Of a stretch of 28,607 bases of DNA, positions 18,626-27,850 are shown one piece after another. The DNA is from Phycisphaerales bacterium (GTDB lineage Bacteria; Planctomycetota; Phycisphaerae; WQYP01). The stretch covers positions 1 through 28,607 of the forward strand of contig DAIDJN010000075.1 of assembly GCA_027451365.1 (NCBI GenBank). The letters run 5' to 3'. Each line of letters begins with the position of its first letter. Positions within the stretch are counted from its first letter, which is position 1. A program made the position numbers and the translations under genes. The notes under the pieces were generated by a model. It had not been told where the DNA came from. It was given only the letters and a program-made list of their open reading frames with translations, and did no database searches.

Positions 18626-19285
18626 ATGGTGAGCCGCCCGACCTTCGACGCTTTACGTCGCGCGGGCCTTACACCTGTACACGGTCCGCTCGCGTCCCGC
18701 CCACGGTTTTTCACCGCCTGCCTGACACTGCTGCTGATGGCAACAATGTTCTGCGCCGGCGGCTGCGCGGGGCCGGCCATAAGCGTGCGCGCCCGCGCGC
18801 CTTTCCTTGATTCCAAAGACCTTATCAATATGACTGACAAAATGGCCGCAAAAATCGCCGCCGACCCCGTCATTGCCGCCATTACCGCCCGTGGACCAAT
18901 GGTCATCGTGCTGGACAACCTGAAAAATGAGACCAACCAGATCATCACCCGTGGCCAAGGTGACGCATTTCTGCATCGGGTGCGCGTTCTCCTGGCATCA
19001 CACCAGTCTCTGAAAGGACGTTTCGTTTTTGTCGTCAATCCCGCGGCGCTGCGGCGGCTTCAGAACCGGTTGGGCTTATCCGCAGCTTCCGATTCTCCGC
19101 CGCCGGGCATTATTCCCGCCTACGCCCTGCAGGCCACGTTTTATGCGGATACCAAAGTATCGCAGGCTTTCCGCAGCGATTATTACCTGTGCACGTTTTT
19201 CCTGACCAATATTTCCACCGGGCGGATTGTCTGGGAAGGGTCTTACGAAACTAAAAAAGCGGTGCACAACGGCTTTCTGTATTAG
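18626..19285 (+). CDS. LpoB-like lipoprotein, paralog 2
   Basis: GGAG SD. Probable lipobox AGGC; LDSKDLINMTDKM, LKNETN, YALQATF and DYYLCTFFLTNISTGRIVWEGSYETKK align by eye with paralog 1. Confidence 0.75.
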   Translation: MVSRPTFDALRRAGLTPVHGPLASRPRFFTACLTLLLMATMFCAGGCAGPAISVRARAPFLDSKDLINMTDKMAAKIAADPVIAAITARGPMVIVLDNLKNETNQIITRGQGDAFLHRVRVLLASHQSLKGRFVFVVNPAALRRLQNRLGLSAASDSPPPGIIPAYALQATFYADTKVSQAFRSDYYLCTFFLTNISTGRIVWEGSYETKKAVHNGFLY

Positions 19286-19427
19286 CAGCGCCGCAGACCC
19301 AACAAGTCTGCAACGCGGTTGCAAATAGCGCCGTGCGGAATTACCTTTCAACGAGAATCCGACCCGTCGGCGGATGGCGGTCCGGCTCGGCACCGCACAT
19401 GGAAACCAGAAATACGGGAGTTGCTGA

Positions 19428-22238
19428 ATGAATGTTGACTCAAAAGTATCACACATCTCGCGGCGCGATATGTTGGCCGGGTCGCTGGCGGTTTCATCTT
19501 TGACCGCTTTGGCTGATATTGGCGGACTCCTGGAACATGCTCGCGCCGCCGCGGCCCCTCCCCCACACACCACGGGCGGGCCGGATTTTCTTTTCCCAGA
19601 ACGCATCCGCTACGACGGTCAATGCCTGACCATCGACGGCCAGGATACGTTTATTTATTCCGGATCGTTCCATTATTTCCGCTGCCCCAAACCGCTGTGG
19701 CGCCGCCGCTTTGAAAAGATAAAAGCGGCCGGCTTCAATTGCGTGCAGACCTATATCGCGTGGAACGTCCACGAAAATGTCATGCCCAAATCACTTGATG
19801 ATTATTCACATGTTGATATGACGGATTTTGAAGATTATCTGACCATGGCCAGGGAATTTGGTTTGTATGTGCTGGCCCGCCCCGGGCCATATATCTGCGC
19901 CGAATGGGACACCGGAGGGTTCCCCCAGTGGCTGATCACCAAACGCCCCAAAGACTACAGCGGCCTCTGGCTCCGGTCCGATGAGCCGACGTTCATGGCC
20001 TGGAGCCGCCACTGGTACAACGCCGTCTGCCCGGTCATTGCCCGCCACCAGATCACGCGGCAGCCGAAGGGCAAAACCGGTGTCATCATGTTCCAAGTGG
20101 AAAATGAATATGATTTCCCATCGTTTCCGCGCCATGTCAAACGTCAATATGTTCGATCTCTGGTGCAGGGTGCACTGGAAAACGGCATTGAAGTGCCGTT
20201 TTATATCAACTGGGGGTCATGTATCTATGGAGCAAAGGACCATTTGCTCAGGCAGGTCTTTGATACCTGCGATTTTTACCCCCGCTACAATGTTCCCTCC
20301 GTCGCCGGTTCCATCGACGGCAACGGCCATGCGCAGCCCCACGCCCCGCGCATGACTGCCGAACTTCAGGGCGGCTGGTTTACCAATGTTGGGCAGGCCC
20401 CGGCACTTGTGCCTGATGCGGATTTGTATGTACATGGATGCGGTCCAGCACAAATTAACAACCTGACACTTTTTGTTTTCGCCCACGGCGATACCATCAC
20501 CAATTATTACATGCTTTTTGGCGGTACAAATCTTGATGGTCGCGCCGGCCAGGGAGTCGCAACCTCCTATGATTACAGCGGCCCCATTCGCGAGTGCGGC
20601 GGTGTAGGCGAGAAATTCCAGCGGGTTGGCGCTATTGCGGATATGCTGAAAATTCACGGCCCGGCTCTTTGTCGCGCCACCACGGTGCCAGTGCGCGCCG
20701 CCACGGGATCAAAAGATGTCTCTGTCCTGTTGCGTCAGGCAAAAGATGGCGCCCGCTATTTCTTTATCCGCAGCCAGAATACCAGCCAGTCACGCCACGG
20801 CACCGCGCATGTTCGCACATCCGGCCCGAATTCCCAAGCGGTCAGTTTTCATTACAATCTGGAGCCTTTCGGATCAAAAATATTCTTTGTTCCCGCCGGC
20901 ACCGGCGTTGACAGTGGCGTGTGGCTTCCCGAACAGACCGCCCCCATTGAACGCCCCGGCAAGCTGCCTCAGCCCGTTACCATTTCCGAGGTGCGCTGGG
21001 CGGTAGACCCCGGAGCCTTGGCTTGGCAACCCATTAAAATCGGCCAGACGCTTGCCGATCTTGGTGTATATGACAGCCGTGCGGTTTTTTATCGCCGCAC
21101 CGTTCGGCTCACCGAAGCCGACCTTCAAGGCAAACCGCCAATCGCCCGTGTCGTGGTCCGCGGGGGCGGAAGCATCGTCGCGCGCATCAATGGTTATGTG
21201 CTCGATCGCAAAGCCGACGTCAATGGCGAAATTCAGATTGATCTCGCTGGACGCTCGAAAGTCGGGGAAAACGAGCTTGAACTGCTGTATCAGGATAACG
21301 GCCATTCCAATGGCGGGTCCGGCATGGAAGATGTTTATGGCGTTACCGACCTGGATATCGCTCAACCGCCGCTGCTTGCGCAGCAACTCCCCGAGTGGCG
21401 CATGAGTCTGATTCCCGATTTCCGCCATCCCGAACGACTTGCCCAGATACACCCGACCTTCAACGATTCCACCTGGAAGCGGGTGTCGGCCCGATCCATC
21501 AATGCCACACAGCTTACGCCGGGACAAACCGCGGTATTCCGCACACATTTTAATATCTCTGCTGCGCAACTCCATTCCCCAAACACCATGGTTTCCCTCG
21601 GCCGCGTGGATGACCGGGGTGTCGTCTTCCTTAATGGCCAACTGCTGGGCCACACCGATAGCTGGGCCGTCCCCTACACATTTCAGGCCCAGGACGTGCT
21701 GGTACCTGGCCGCAATACGCTCGCTATTGTGGTCCACAACATCGGGGGCACTGGCGGTATTGGCAATATTCGAATCCAAGGGCCGTGGCGTCCTGTCGGC
21801 CAGTCCAGTTCAGATATGGAGTTTTCGTCCCTTAGCGGTGGAATTTCGCAAAGCTGGGCCAGCCCGGCCTTTTGCGCGTGCGGCTGGCGACATGAAACGC
21901 TGCCGCAAACCACTCCGGCTACTGACCCCGCCGCCTTGCTGACATGGCACCGGCTCACCTTTACGCTCCCCGAACCGTCCCGTGGCGTCTGGGTTCCATG
22001 GTGTCTTGAATTACAGGCAAATGGCAATGGCTTTATTTTCCTCAATGGTTATAACATTGGTCGCCATTGGCAGCACGCTGGCCAAAAATATTTCTTTCTG
22101 CCGGAATGCTGGTTGAAATTCGGTTCGGGCCAGTCTAATTTCATCACGCTGAGCCTGCATTCCCAAGGCTCGCCGGCCGGAGTCATATCCGCCAAGGTCC
22201 GGCCATACACGGCTTATGCTGAACATGACAAACTCTAA
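19428..22238 (+). CDS. Tat-exported GH35 beta-galactosidase-like protein with C-terminal beta-sandwich/jelly-roll domains
   Basis: Tat motif SRRDML. Motifs YSGSFHYFRCP, GFNCVQTYIAWNVHE, RPGPYICAEW, QVENEY (acid/base), TAELQGGWF (nucleophile), NYYMLFGGTN and TSYDYSGPI. Confidence 0.93.
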   Translation: MNVDSKVSHISRRDMLAGSLAVSSLTALADIGGLLEHARAAAAPPPHTTGGPDFLFPERIRYDGQCLTIDGQDTFIYSGSFHYFRCPKPLWRRRFEKIKAAGFNCVQTYIAWNVHENVMPKSLDDYSHVDMTDFEDYLTMAREFGLYVLARPGPYICAEWDTGGFPQWLITKRPKDYSGLWLRSDEPTFMAWSRHWYNAVCPVIARHQITRQPKGKTGVIMFQVENEYDFPSFPRHVKRQYVRSLVQGALENGIEVPFYINWGSCIYGAKDHLLRQVFDTCDFYPRYNVPSVAGSIDGNGHAQPHAPRMTAELQGGWFTNVGQAPALVPDADLYVHGCGPAQINNLTLFVFAHGDTITNYYMLFGGTNLDGRAGQGVATSYDYSGPIRECGGVGEKFQRVGAIADMLKIHGPALCRATTVPVRAATGSKDVSVLLRQAKDGARYFFIRSQNTSQSRHGTAHVRTSGPNSQAVSFHYNLEPFGSKIFFVPAGTGVDSGVWLPEQTAPIERPGKLPQPVTISEVRWAVDPGALAWQPIKIGQTLADLGVYDSRAVFYRRTVRLTEADLQGKPPIARVVVRGGGSIVARINGYVLDRKADVNGEIQIDLAGRSKVGENELELLYQDNGHSNGGSGMEDVYGVTDLDIAQPPLLAQQLPEWRMSLIPDFRHPERLAQIHPTFNDSTWKRVSARSINATQLTPGQTAVFRTHFNISAAQLHSPNTMVSLGRVDDRGVVFLNGQLLGHTDSWAVPYTFQAQDVLVPGRNTLAIVVHNIGGTGGIGNIRIQGPWRPVGQSSSDMEFSSLSGGISQSWASPAFCACGWRHETLPQTTPATDPAALLTWHRLTFTLPEPSRGVWVPWCLELQANGNGFIFLNGYNIGRHWQHAGQKYFFLPECWLKFGSGQSNFITLSLHSQGSPAGVISAKVRPYTAYAEHDKL

Positions 22239-22240
22239 CC

Positions 22241-22277
22241 AAAAAAAAGGGGCGCCGGCTTTTCGCCGCCGCCCCTT
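22241..22277 (-). terminator. Rho-independent terminator between the convergent GH35 and SGNH genes
   Basis: AAGGGGCG-C-CGGC/GCCG-C-CGCCCCTT stem. The A8 run at 22241-22248 gives a U-tract on the minus strand. Confidence 0.7.
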
Positions 22278-22330
22278 GCATCAGTTCAACTGTCCAAAAT
22301 TCCCTTCTGCTCCGCCCCACCGGCGGCGTA

Positions 22331-23032
22331 TTACTGTTTCCTGCGGCTGGTCGGTTTAATCGCCGCCGCAATAATATGCGCCATTACCGCTTCACCGCGA
22401 ATATTCGGGTGCACGCCATCATGGTCATAAAACTTCATTTTGCCGGGCAACTTGCCAAAAACGTTAATAATCGCCACATGTGTGGCCCGCGCGGCTTTTT
22501 TTATCGCCGGAATAACGCCATGCACCATATTCGGTTCGTTGATGCCATAGGCCGGCTTCACAACTTTTGGCGGAAAACAGATATACACTTTCGGATGTGT
22601 TGGCAATGCCTGAAACACACGTATCAGGGCTTCAGTGTCTGCGGTAAAGTCCTTGCCATGTTTGTTCCAGTTCCATGCCTTAGTGTCATTTGTGCCCAGC
22701 ATAATCACCACAATATTCGGGTGAAATTCAATCGCCTGTTTGTATTCCCGCTGCTTCCAGTACGGCAGGTCACCCTTTTTCAGCATCGTTGCGCCGCTAT
22801 GACCACAGTTGATGGTGCGGTAGCCATGACCAAGAATTCTTCCCAGCACCACAGGCCACGCGTTCTTTTTCGGGTTCGGCACTATGCCAAACGTAATGCT
22901 GTCACCCACGCAGGATATCCGAATCGGTGCCGCGGCGGCCGACTGCCCGTTCGCCATCGAAAGCCACGCCATCGCGACAAAAGCGAACAGGCCCAGTAAT
23001 CTTCCAACATTAAAAGCATCGCGGTTTTTCAC
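22331..23032 (-). CDS. Secreted SGNH/GDSL-family esterase (acetylxylan/sialate O-acetylesterase-like)
   Basis: GTG start after GGAG SD, then a signal peptide. Block I GDSIT, block II GHSGAT, block III MLGTND and block V DGVHP. Confidence 0.9.
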   Translation of the reverse strand: MKNRDAFNVGRLLGLFAFVAMAWLSMANGQSAAAAPIRISCVGDSITFGIVPNPKKNAWPVVLGRILGHGYRTINCGHSGATMLKKGDLPYWKQREYKQAIEFHPNIVVIMLGTNDTKAWNWNKHGKDFTADTEALIRVFQALPTHPKVYICFPPKVVKPAYGINEPNMVHGVIPAIKKAARATHVAIINVFGKLPGKMKFYDHDGVHPNIRGEAVMAHIIAAAIKPTSRRKQ

Positions 23033-23120
23033 AATCGTTTCTCCAATAAAAACCATAAACCTGTCCCAGAGCTTATTCCGCCCTGATGATTTGTTCAACT
23101 CACGAGCCAAGCCGCCGTCC

Positions 23121-23760
23121 CAGGGCATAATCATATAGACAGGTATTGATTTCATAATGCATAATATTCGTATATGTGCAGTTGGCGCATTTTGATGCGC
23201 TATGGTATACCGCTTGTATGGGTCGCGAGGCCTCGCGAGGGTAGTATTATCTTTGTTCGTAGACAAGGAGCTTTGCCATGGATGGCCAAGCGACCAAGGG
23301 CCTTATTTCGTTTTTTCAGGATATTCCAGACCACCGTGCCCGGAACCGTCAGTTCCGGCTCATTGACCTGTTTGCCATCGCCGTCATGGCGGTCATCTGT
23401 GACGCCCAGGACTGGACTGATGTGGCGACATTCGCAATAATCAGAAAGGACGGGCTCGACACCTTCATGGAATTGCCTGGTCGGACGCCTTCCAGCAGCA
23501 CCTTTCGCAGGATATTTAGACGCCTGAACCCGGACGCCTTTGAAAAGGCCTTCGAGGCCTGGTGACAGCCTGGATCGGCTCATCAGTTCCATAGCCAATC
23601 CTGATGCCGAGTCGATGACCCAATATGTCCGGGGCCATTGGGGCATCGAAAACAACCTGCATTGGCAACTGGATATGACTTTTCGCGAAGATGAGCTTTA
23701 AAACCAAACGCAAGGCCGCCGGATGGGGCCCCGGCTACCTCGTGAGCCTGCTGGGAGGAT
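23121..23760 (+). mobile_element. Degenerate ISAs1-family element
   Basis: Left end CAGGGCATAATCATAT at 23121 (ISAs1 ends typically begin CAGGG). Transposase fragments follow. No convincing right IR or target duplication found. Confidence 0.7.
23278..23756 (+). pseudogene. ISAs1-family transposase pseudogene (stops, frameshifts, large internal deletions)
   Basis: N-terminal DDE_Tnp_1_assoc-like segment FFQDIPDHR...PSSSTFRRIFRRLNPDAFEKAFEAW ends at a stop. Separate fragments LISS...VRGHWGIENNLHWQLDMTFRED and KTKRKAAGW follow. Confidence 0.85.
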
Positions 23761-24020
23761 GGCCCGCCACACCGACGATCGAATCGCGGAGTAAGGAACC
23801 AAGCGACGGATAAGGCCCCGCACTGGGCTTTTCCAACGCCGATCCCGTCACCGAGTCAAAAATCCAAATATGGATGGGCTGGATGATAGCTGCTGCGCAA
23901 AATCATCCCGTTTTTCCCGATAATCACCGTCGCCAATCATTTATTGGCCCAGTCATATCCGCTGACGCGAGAGGCACGCTGGTAAAATCCCACTTGATAT
24001 AAATGGCACTCTATATGAAT

Positions 24021-24441
24021 TTGCCGTGCGTAACACCCGAAGACAATCTCGCCGGACGCCAGGATCAAATATTCCAGAAGCCAGACCGCAAGCTCGCCGA
24101 GGCACGCGAGTTACGCCGGCTGCGACGGGTCGAAATGACTGTCGCGGCCTTGAACAGTACGCCTTTGACAGGACAAACGCCTTGCAAAATGTCGGTCTCA
24201 TGTGCATTATCAGAACAGTCGGTGAAACAGAAGCGAGCTCTGGCGGCGTCCAACTCGCCACGCATAGCCATCTGGAAATCCAACGAATACGCATGGCTTC
24301 CGGCAGCAGGACGCCGCCGACCGTTGGCGTAGCACATGCTATTCAGAGCATCTTCCGTATGCCTGGAAAAACGCAACCGGCAGAACTCGAATGTCCCTTA
24401 GGCGCCGGGACTGATTGTCCGATTCCGGTTGAACCAAGACA
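24021..24441 (+). mobile_element. 3' remnant of an IS3-like element with right inverted repeat
   Basis: Peptide VTPEDNLAGRQDQIFQKPDRKLAEARELRR resembles the C-terminal tail of integrase-core transposases (YVTPADxLAGR...RDRKLxxAR, from recall). TGTCCGATTCCGGTTGAACCAAGACA (24416-24441) looks like an IS3-type end terminating in CA. Confidence 0.6.
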
Positions 24442-24462
24442 CTATTATCAGGAGCATTCAAC

Positions 24463-27400
24463 ATGTCAATTTCACGCAGAGAGTTTGTTGTCGGCACCGT
24501 AGCCACCTTGGCAGCAGCCAAACAGCGAGCGGCAAAGGGGGCAGCTCCCTCCAAAATGGTTGAGCAAGCTCCGCCACCGGGTTTTGTTGCGGATCTTGCG
24601 GCGGCATCATGGCGACTCTGGCATGACGCCGCCGCACCTTGGCAAAATGATGTGTTGTATCTGCCTGAAGATACGCCAGCACTGCACACATTGCCGGTTC
24701 ATCCCCCCACCGGCGGCTGGGACGTACTTGATAATCGCCTTGGCCGGGAGGTGCGGCTTCCTGCATCACTGGAACAGTACGCAACGAATCCGCTGGGCAA
24801 CCGCAGTGTCGTGGGTGTTGGCTGGTTCTGGCGAAGCTTCATCGCGCCGGCGGTACCGCCGGAGCAGCGGCTCGTTGTTCAGTTCCGTGGCGCTCGCCTG
24901 CGGTCTGAGGTTTATGTGAACCGTAAACTTTGCTCCTACTTTTTGCTCACAGAACTACCGTTTGAAGCGGACATCACCACGGCCATACAGCCCGGAAAAA
25001 GCAACACGCTCGCGGTGCGAATAACGAATCCCGGCGGAACCATGGCTTGGGAAGATTGGGGCAGCATAGGCTGGGGAAACTACCAGATTCCGGACTCGCG
25101 CGGCATCGGTGGACTCGATGCCGGGATCAATCTTTGCCTGCGAAATCTTATCGAAATCTCCGATCTTTGGCTGCTCAATCGACCCGAGCCTAACAAGGCC
25201 ACAGTCCATGCGGTCGTTCGCAATGCTTCGCAAAAGCCATGGCAGGGTCAGCTGGCCTTGACCATTCGTGATGATGCACGCGTGTTATGGCAAAAAGATA
25301 TTTCGGTCTCTCTGGCGGCCGGACAAGAACAACAGATAACGGCCGAGGCGACTGTGGCCAATATCGTTCGCTGGGATCTCGATCATCCCAAACTTTATAC
25401 ACTCGAAGCGGTACTCCCCGATCGGCCCAACAGCGGCCAGCGTAAAAACGTCGGATTCCGGTGGTTTACCGCAACAGGCATCGGGTCCAATGCCATGCTG
25501 ACACTGAACGACAAACGCATTGTGTTGCGCAGCGCGATCTCCTGGGGCTGGTGGGGTGGCAGCGGCCTGTGGCCCGACAAGTCCACGGCGCTGCGTGAAA
25601 TTACTGCTGCCCAGACGCTGGGCCTCAATTGCCTTCAGGCGCATCGCAATCTGGTCAAAGAGGCTGTCATTGATCTGCAGGACCAAATGGGGCTGCTGCG
25701 CTACCAGGAGCCCGGTTCGGGCCAAAGCGTATGGACCGATGCCCAAGGGTATCAAACTGCACCGCCCACCAAGCCCCCCATCAACACCACAGGTGTGGGC
25801 GGCGAGCCAACCACGTTTCGTCAAAAATACGAATGGGCCAAAATACAGGCGATGATTCACCGCGATCGCAGTCACCCTTCGCTGGTTATCTGGTGTATGC
25901 AGAACGAATGGGCCGGCGATCTTAACAACCCACATATTTTTCGTCTGCTCCGGGAGGTGCATCAGCTCGACCCAAGCCGTATTCTCGTGCTCAAATCCGG
26001 TGATCGGCATTATTGGAACGAAGCCTATATGCTCCCCTACGACCAGACCATTTACCACGAAAACGGCCAACGTTACTGCGGTTGGCACGATGTCCATGGC
26101 AACAACTATGGCGGCATACAGTGGCGCGATGAATACTACAAAAATCCCGACAATTACTGGATGCGATCCACCGATAAAAAAGAAATTGTCATGTGGGGCG
26201 AAATCACCGGCTCCGGCGTTACCGACAATCACGAAGCGATTGTCCAACGCTACCAGCGCGACGGTAAAGAATCTTACGATCTGGCGTATCACCGAAACAT
26301 GCTCAATATCTACGATGGTTTTTTGCAGCGATGGGGTTTTCGCAAGGCATTCGCCACCGCGTCGGATTTGTTCGAGGCCATCGGCACGATCAGCTACTTT
26401 TATAATGCTCGCGTGATTGAGCAGCTGCGCATCTGCAACACAACCGATTACATTGTGCTCAGTGGATGGGAATCAACGGCCATTGATAATTTCTCGGGCA
26501 TTGTGGATAACCTGCGACAATTTAAGGCCGACCCGAAAATATTGGCGCACGCGTGCCGCCGCAATCTTGTGGTGCTCAAGCCGCGCCGCCTGGTTCTGGA
26601 AACCGGGGAGAGCACGCCGTTGGATATCTTCGCAGTCACGGAGAGCCTGCTCGGCGGCACCTACACGCTCGCTCTTACCGAAGGCACCGACCGTAAACGC
26701 AAGGCGCTCATCAACGCAAAAAGCGTAAAGGTGGCCGGTGGAAACGTATTTTCCAACCTGCTCGCCGAGGGGATTTTGCTTAAGAACTTACCGACCGGTT
26801 ACAGCCAGCTTCGCTCCACTTTGCACAATGCCGTCGGCAAGATGGTGGCCGACGGTACCGCTGCCATTCTGGTGGTCGAGCCGATTGCGCCGCACCGGGC
26901 TTCGGTATCCGCCACGGCCAACCCGGCGCTTCAGCAATATCTGACAAAACAATGCGGGGCGGCTCTCGTCGCACCGGAACATGCAACAGTTCACTTGCAT
27001 ACAGACGCGCCGAACGCGGCTCTTTTCGCTCAGGCACTGACCGAAATTGCCTCACGAGGCAGCCGGCTCGCCATCTTGCCGGCCAACATAGACCAAGCCG
27101 CCGCATACGCCAAACTGCTGGCCTCCGCCGGTGTGCTGCGGCTGACCGGCCTACAGCAAGGCAATGGCACCCCATGGATGAGCTGCTGGTATTTTATACG
27201 CAAGCATTGGGTATTTGCCGGCCTGCCGGCCGATTGCGCCCTCGATTGGCGATATCAGCTTCATGCTTCAGATGCATGCGGGGGCCTGCAACTATCCGCC
27301 GGCGGCATGGATGTGTTTGCCGGTTTTGGCAGCAATCCGGGCACTCAGGTATCTATCGCGGGCTGCACTATCCCACATGGTAAGGGCACCGTGGTGCTGC

Positions 27401-27510
27401 TGACCATTCCCGGCATCGTGGAATCGCTGGAAAATATCAACGGCCCCATCACTCGCCCCATCAGCCGGCGGATGCTTGCCAACCTGCTCATCGGCCCCGC
27501 CAGCGCCTGA
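24463..27510 (+). CDS. Tat-exported GH2-family glycoside hydrolase
   Basis: AGGAG SD and Tat motif SRREFV. Sugar-binding domain (GVGWFWR, VRITNPGG), Ig-like domain (WDLDHPKLY...GFRWF) and TIM barrel with RDRSHPSLVIWCMQNE and MWGE. Confidence 0.88.
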   Translation: MSISRREFVVGTVATLAAAKQRAAKGAAPSKMVEQAPPPGFVADLAAASWRLWHDAAAPWQNDVLYLPEDTPALHTLPVHPPTGGWDVLDNRLGREVRLPASLEQYATNPLGNRSVVGVGWFWRSFIAPAVPPEQRLVVQFRGARLRSEVYVNRKLCSYFLLTELPFEADITTAIQPGKSNTLAVRITNPGGTMAWEDWGSIGWGNYQIPDSRGIGGLDAGINLCLRNLIEISDLWLLNRPEPNKATVHAVVRNASQKPWQGQLALTIRDDARVLWQKDISVSLAAGQEQQITAEATVANIVRWDLDHPKLYTLEAVLPDRPNSGQRKNVGFRWFTATGIGSNAMLTLNDKRIVLRSAISWGWWGGSGLWPDKSTALREITAAQTLGLNCLQAHRNLVKEAVIDLQDQMGLLRYQEPGSGQSVWTDAQGYQTAPPTKPPINTTGVGGEPTTFRQKYEWAKIQAMIHRDRSHPSLVIWCMQNEWAGDLNNPHIFRLLREVHQLDPSRILVLKSGDRHYWNEAYMLPYDQTIYHENGQRYCGWHDVHGNNYGGIQWRDEYYKNPDNYWMRSTDKKEIVMWGEITGSGVTDNHEAIVQRYQRDGKESYDLAYHRNMLNIYDGFLQRWGFRKAFATASDLFEAIGTISYFYNARVIEQLRICNTTDYIVLSGWESTAIDNFSGIVDNLRQFKADPKILAHACRRNLVVLKPRRLVLETGESTPLDIFAVTESLLGGTYTLALTEGTDRKRKALINAKSVKVAGGNVFSNLLAEGILLKNLPTGYSQLRSTLHNAVGKMVADGTAAILVVEPIAPHRASVSATANPALQQYLTKQCGAALVAPEHATVHLHTDAPNAALFAQALTEIASRGSRLAILPANIDQAAAYAKLLASAGVLRLTGLQQGNGTPWMSCWYFIRKHWVFAGLPADCALDWRYQLHASDACGGLQLSAGGMDVFAGFGSNPGTQVSIAGCTIPHGKGTVVLLTIPGIVESLENINGPITRPISRRMLANLLIGPASA

Positions 27511-27555
27511 TGGAGCAAAGTGCCAACAAGCTCGGCACAACCACCCTGCTGGAGG

Positions 27556-27850
27556 GTGTTTGACGCCATGGTTGGCGCGCTGTGCGTGTCGGTGGATGAT
27601 CTGGGACGCTTTCTGGCCGGCGACTCGACGGCGTTATGTGCACGCGGGAAGAAGCCAGCCTCTGTCGAGGTGTCGCATAGCGGCCAGAAGACGGTGCGTT
27701 TACCAGTGATTGATCAACCGGAGTCCCATGGGCAGGGTATGGAAGATGGCTTGCCGGGGCCGACGGGCAGGGCAATCGCATGTGGAATCAGGCGGGCAGG
27801 TTTTGGAACAGGTAGTGCGTGCTTCGTCCGCAGCGCTTGCGTTTGAGCCG
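27556..27850 (+). pseudogene. Probable DDE (IS4/IS5-superfamily-like) transposase fragment
   Basis: VFDAMVGAL..DLGRFLAGDSTALCAR (first catalytic Asp context) and EDGLPGPTG resemble planctomycete DDE transposases (from recall). No SD or intact frame. Confidence 0.4.

Noticed and set aside
20874..21779. 301-aa minus-strand ORF
   Set aside because: Antisense shadow of GH35.
23033..23266. 78-aa N-terminal extension of the SGNH ORF
   Set aside because: It runs into the ISAs1 left end; the SD, GTG and signal peptide support a start at 23032.
25285..26292. 335-aa minus-strand ORF
   Set aside because: Antisense shadow of GH2.
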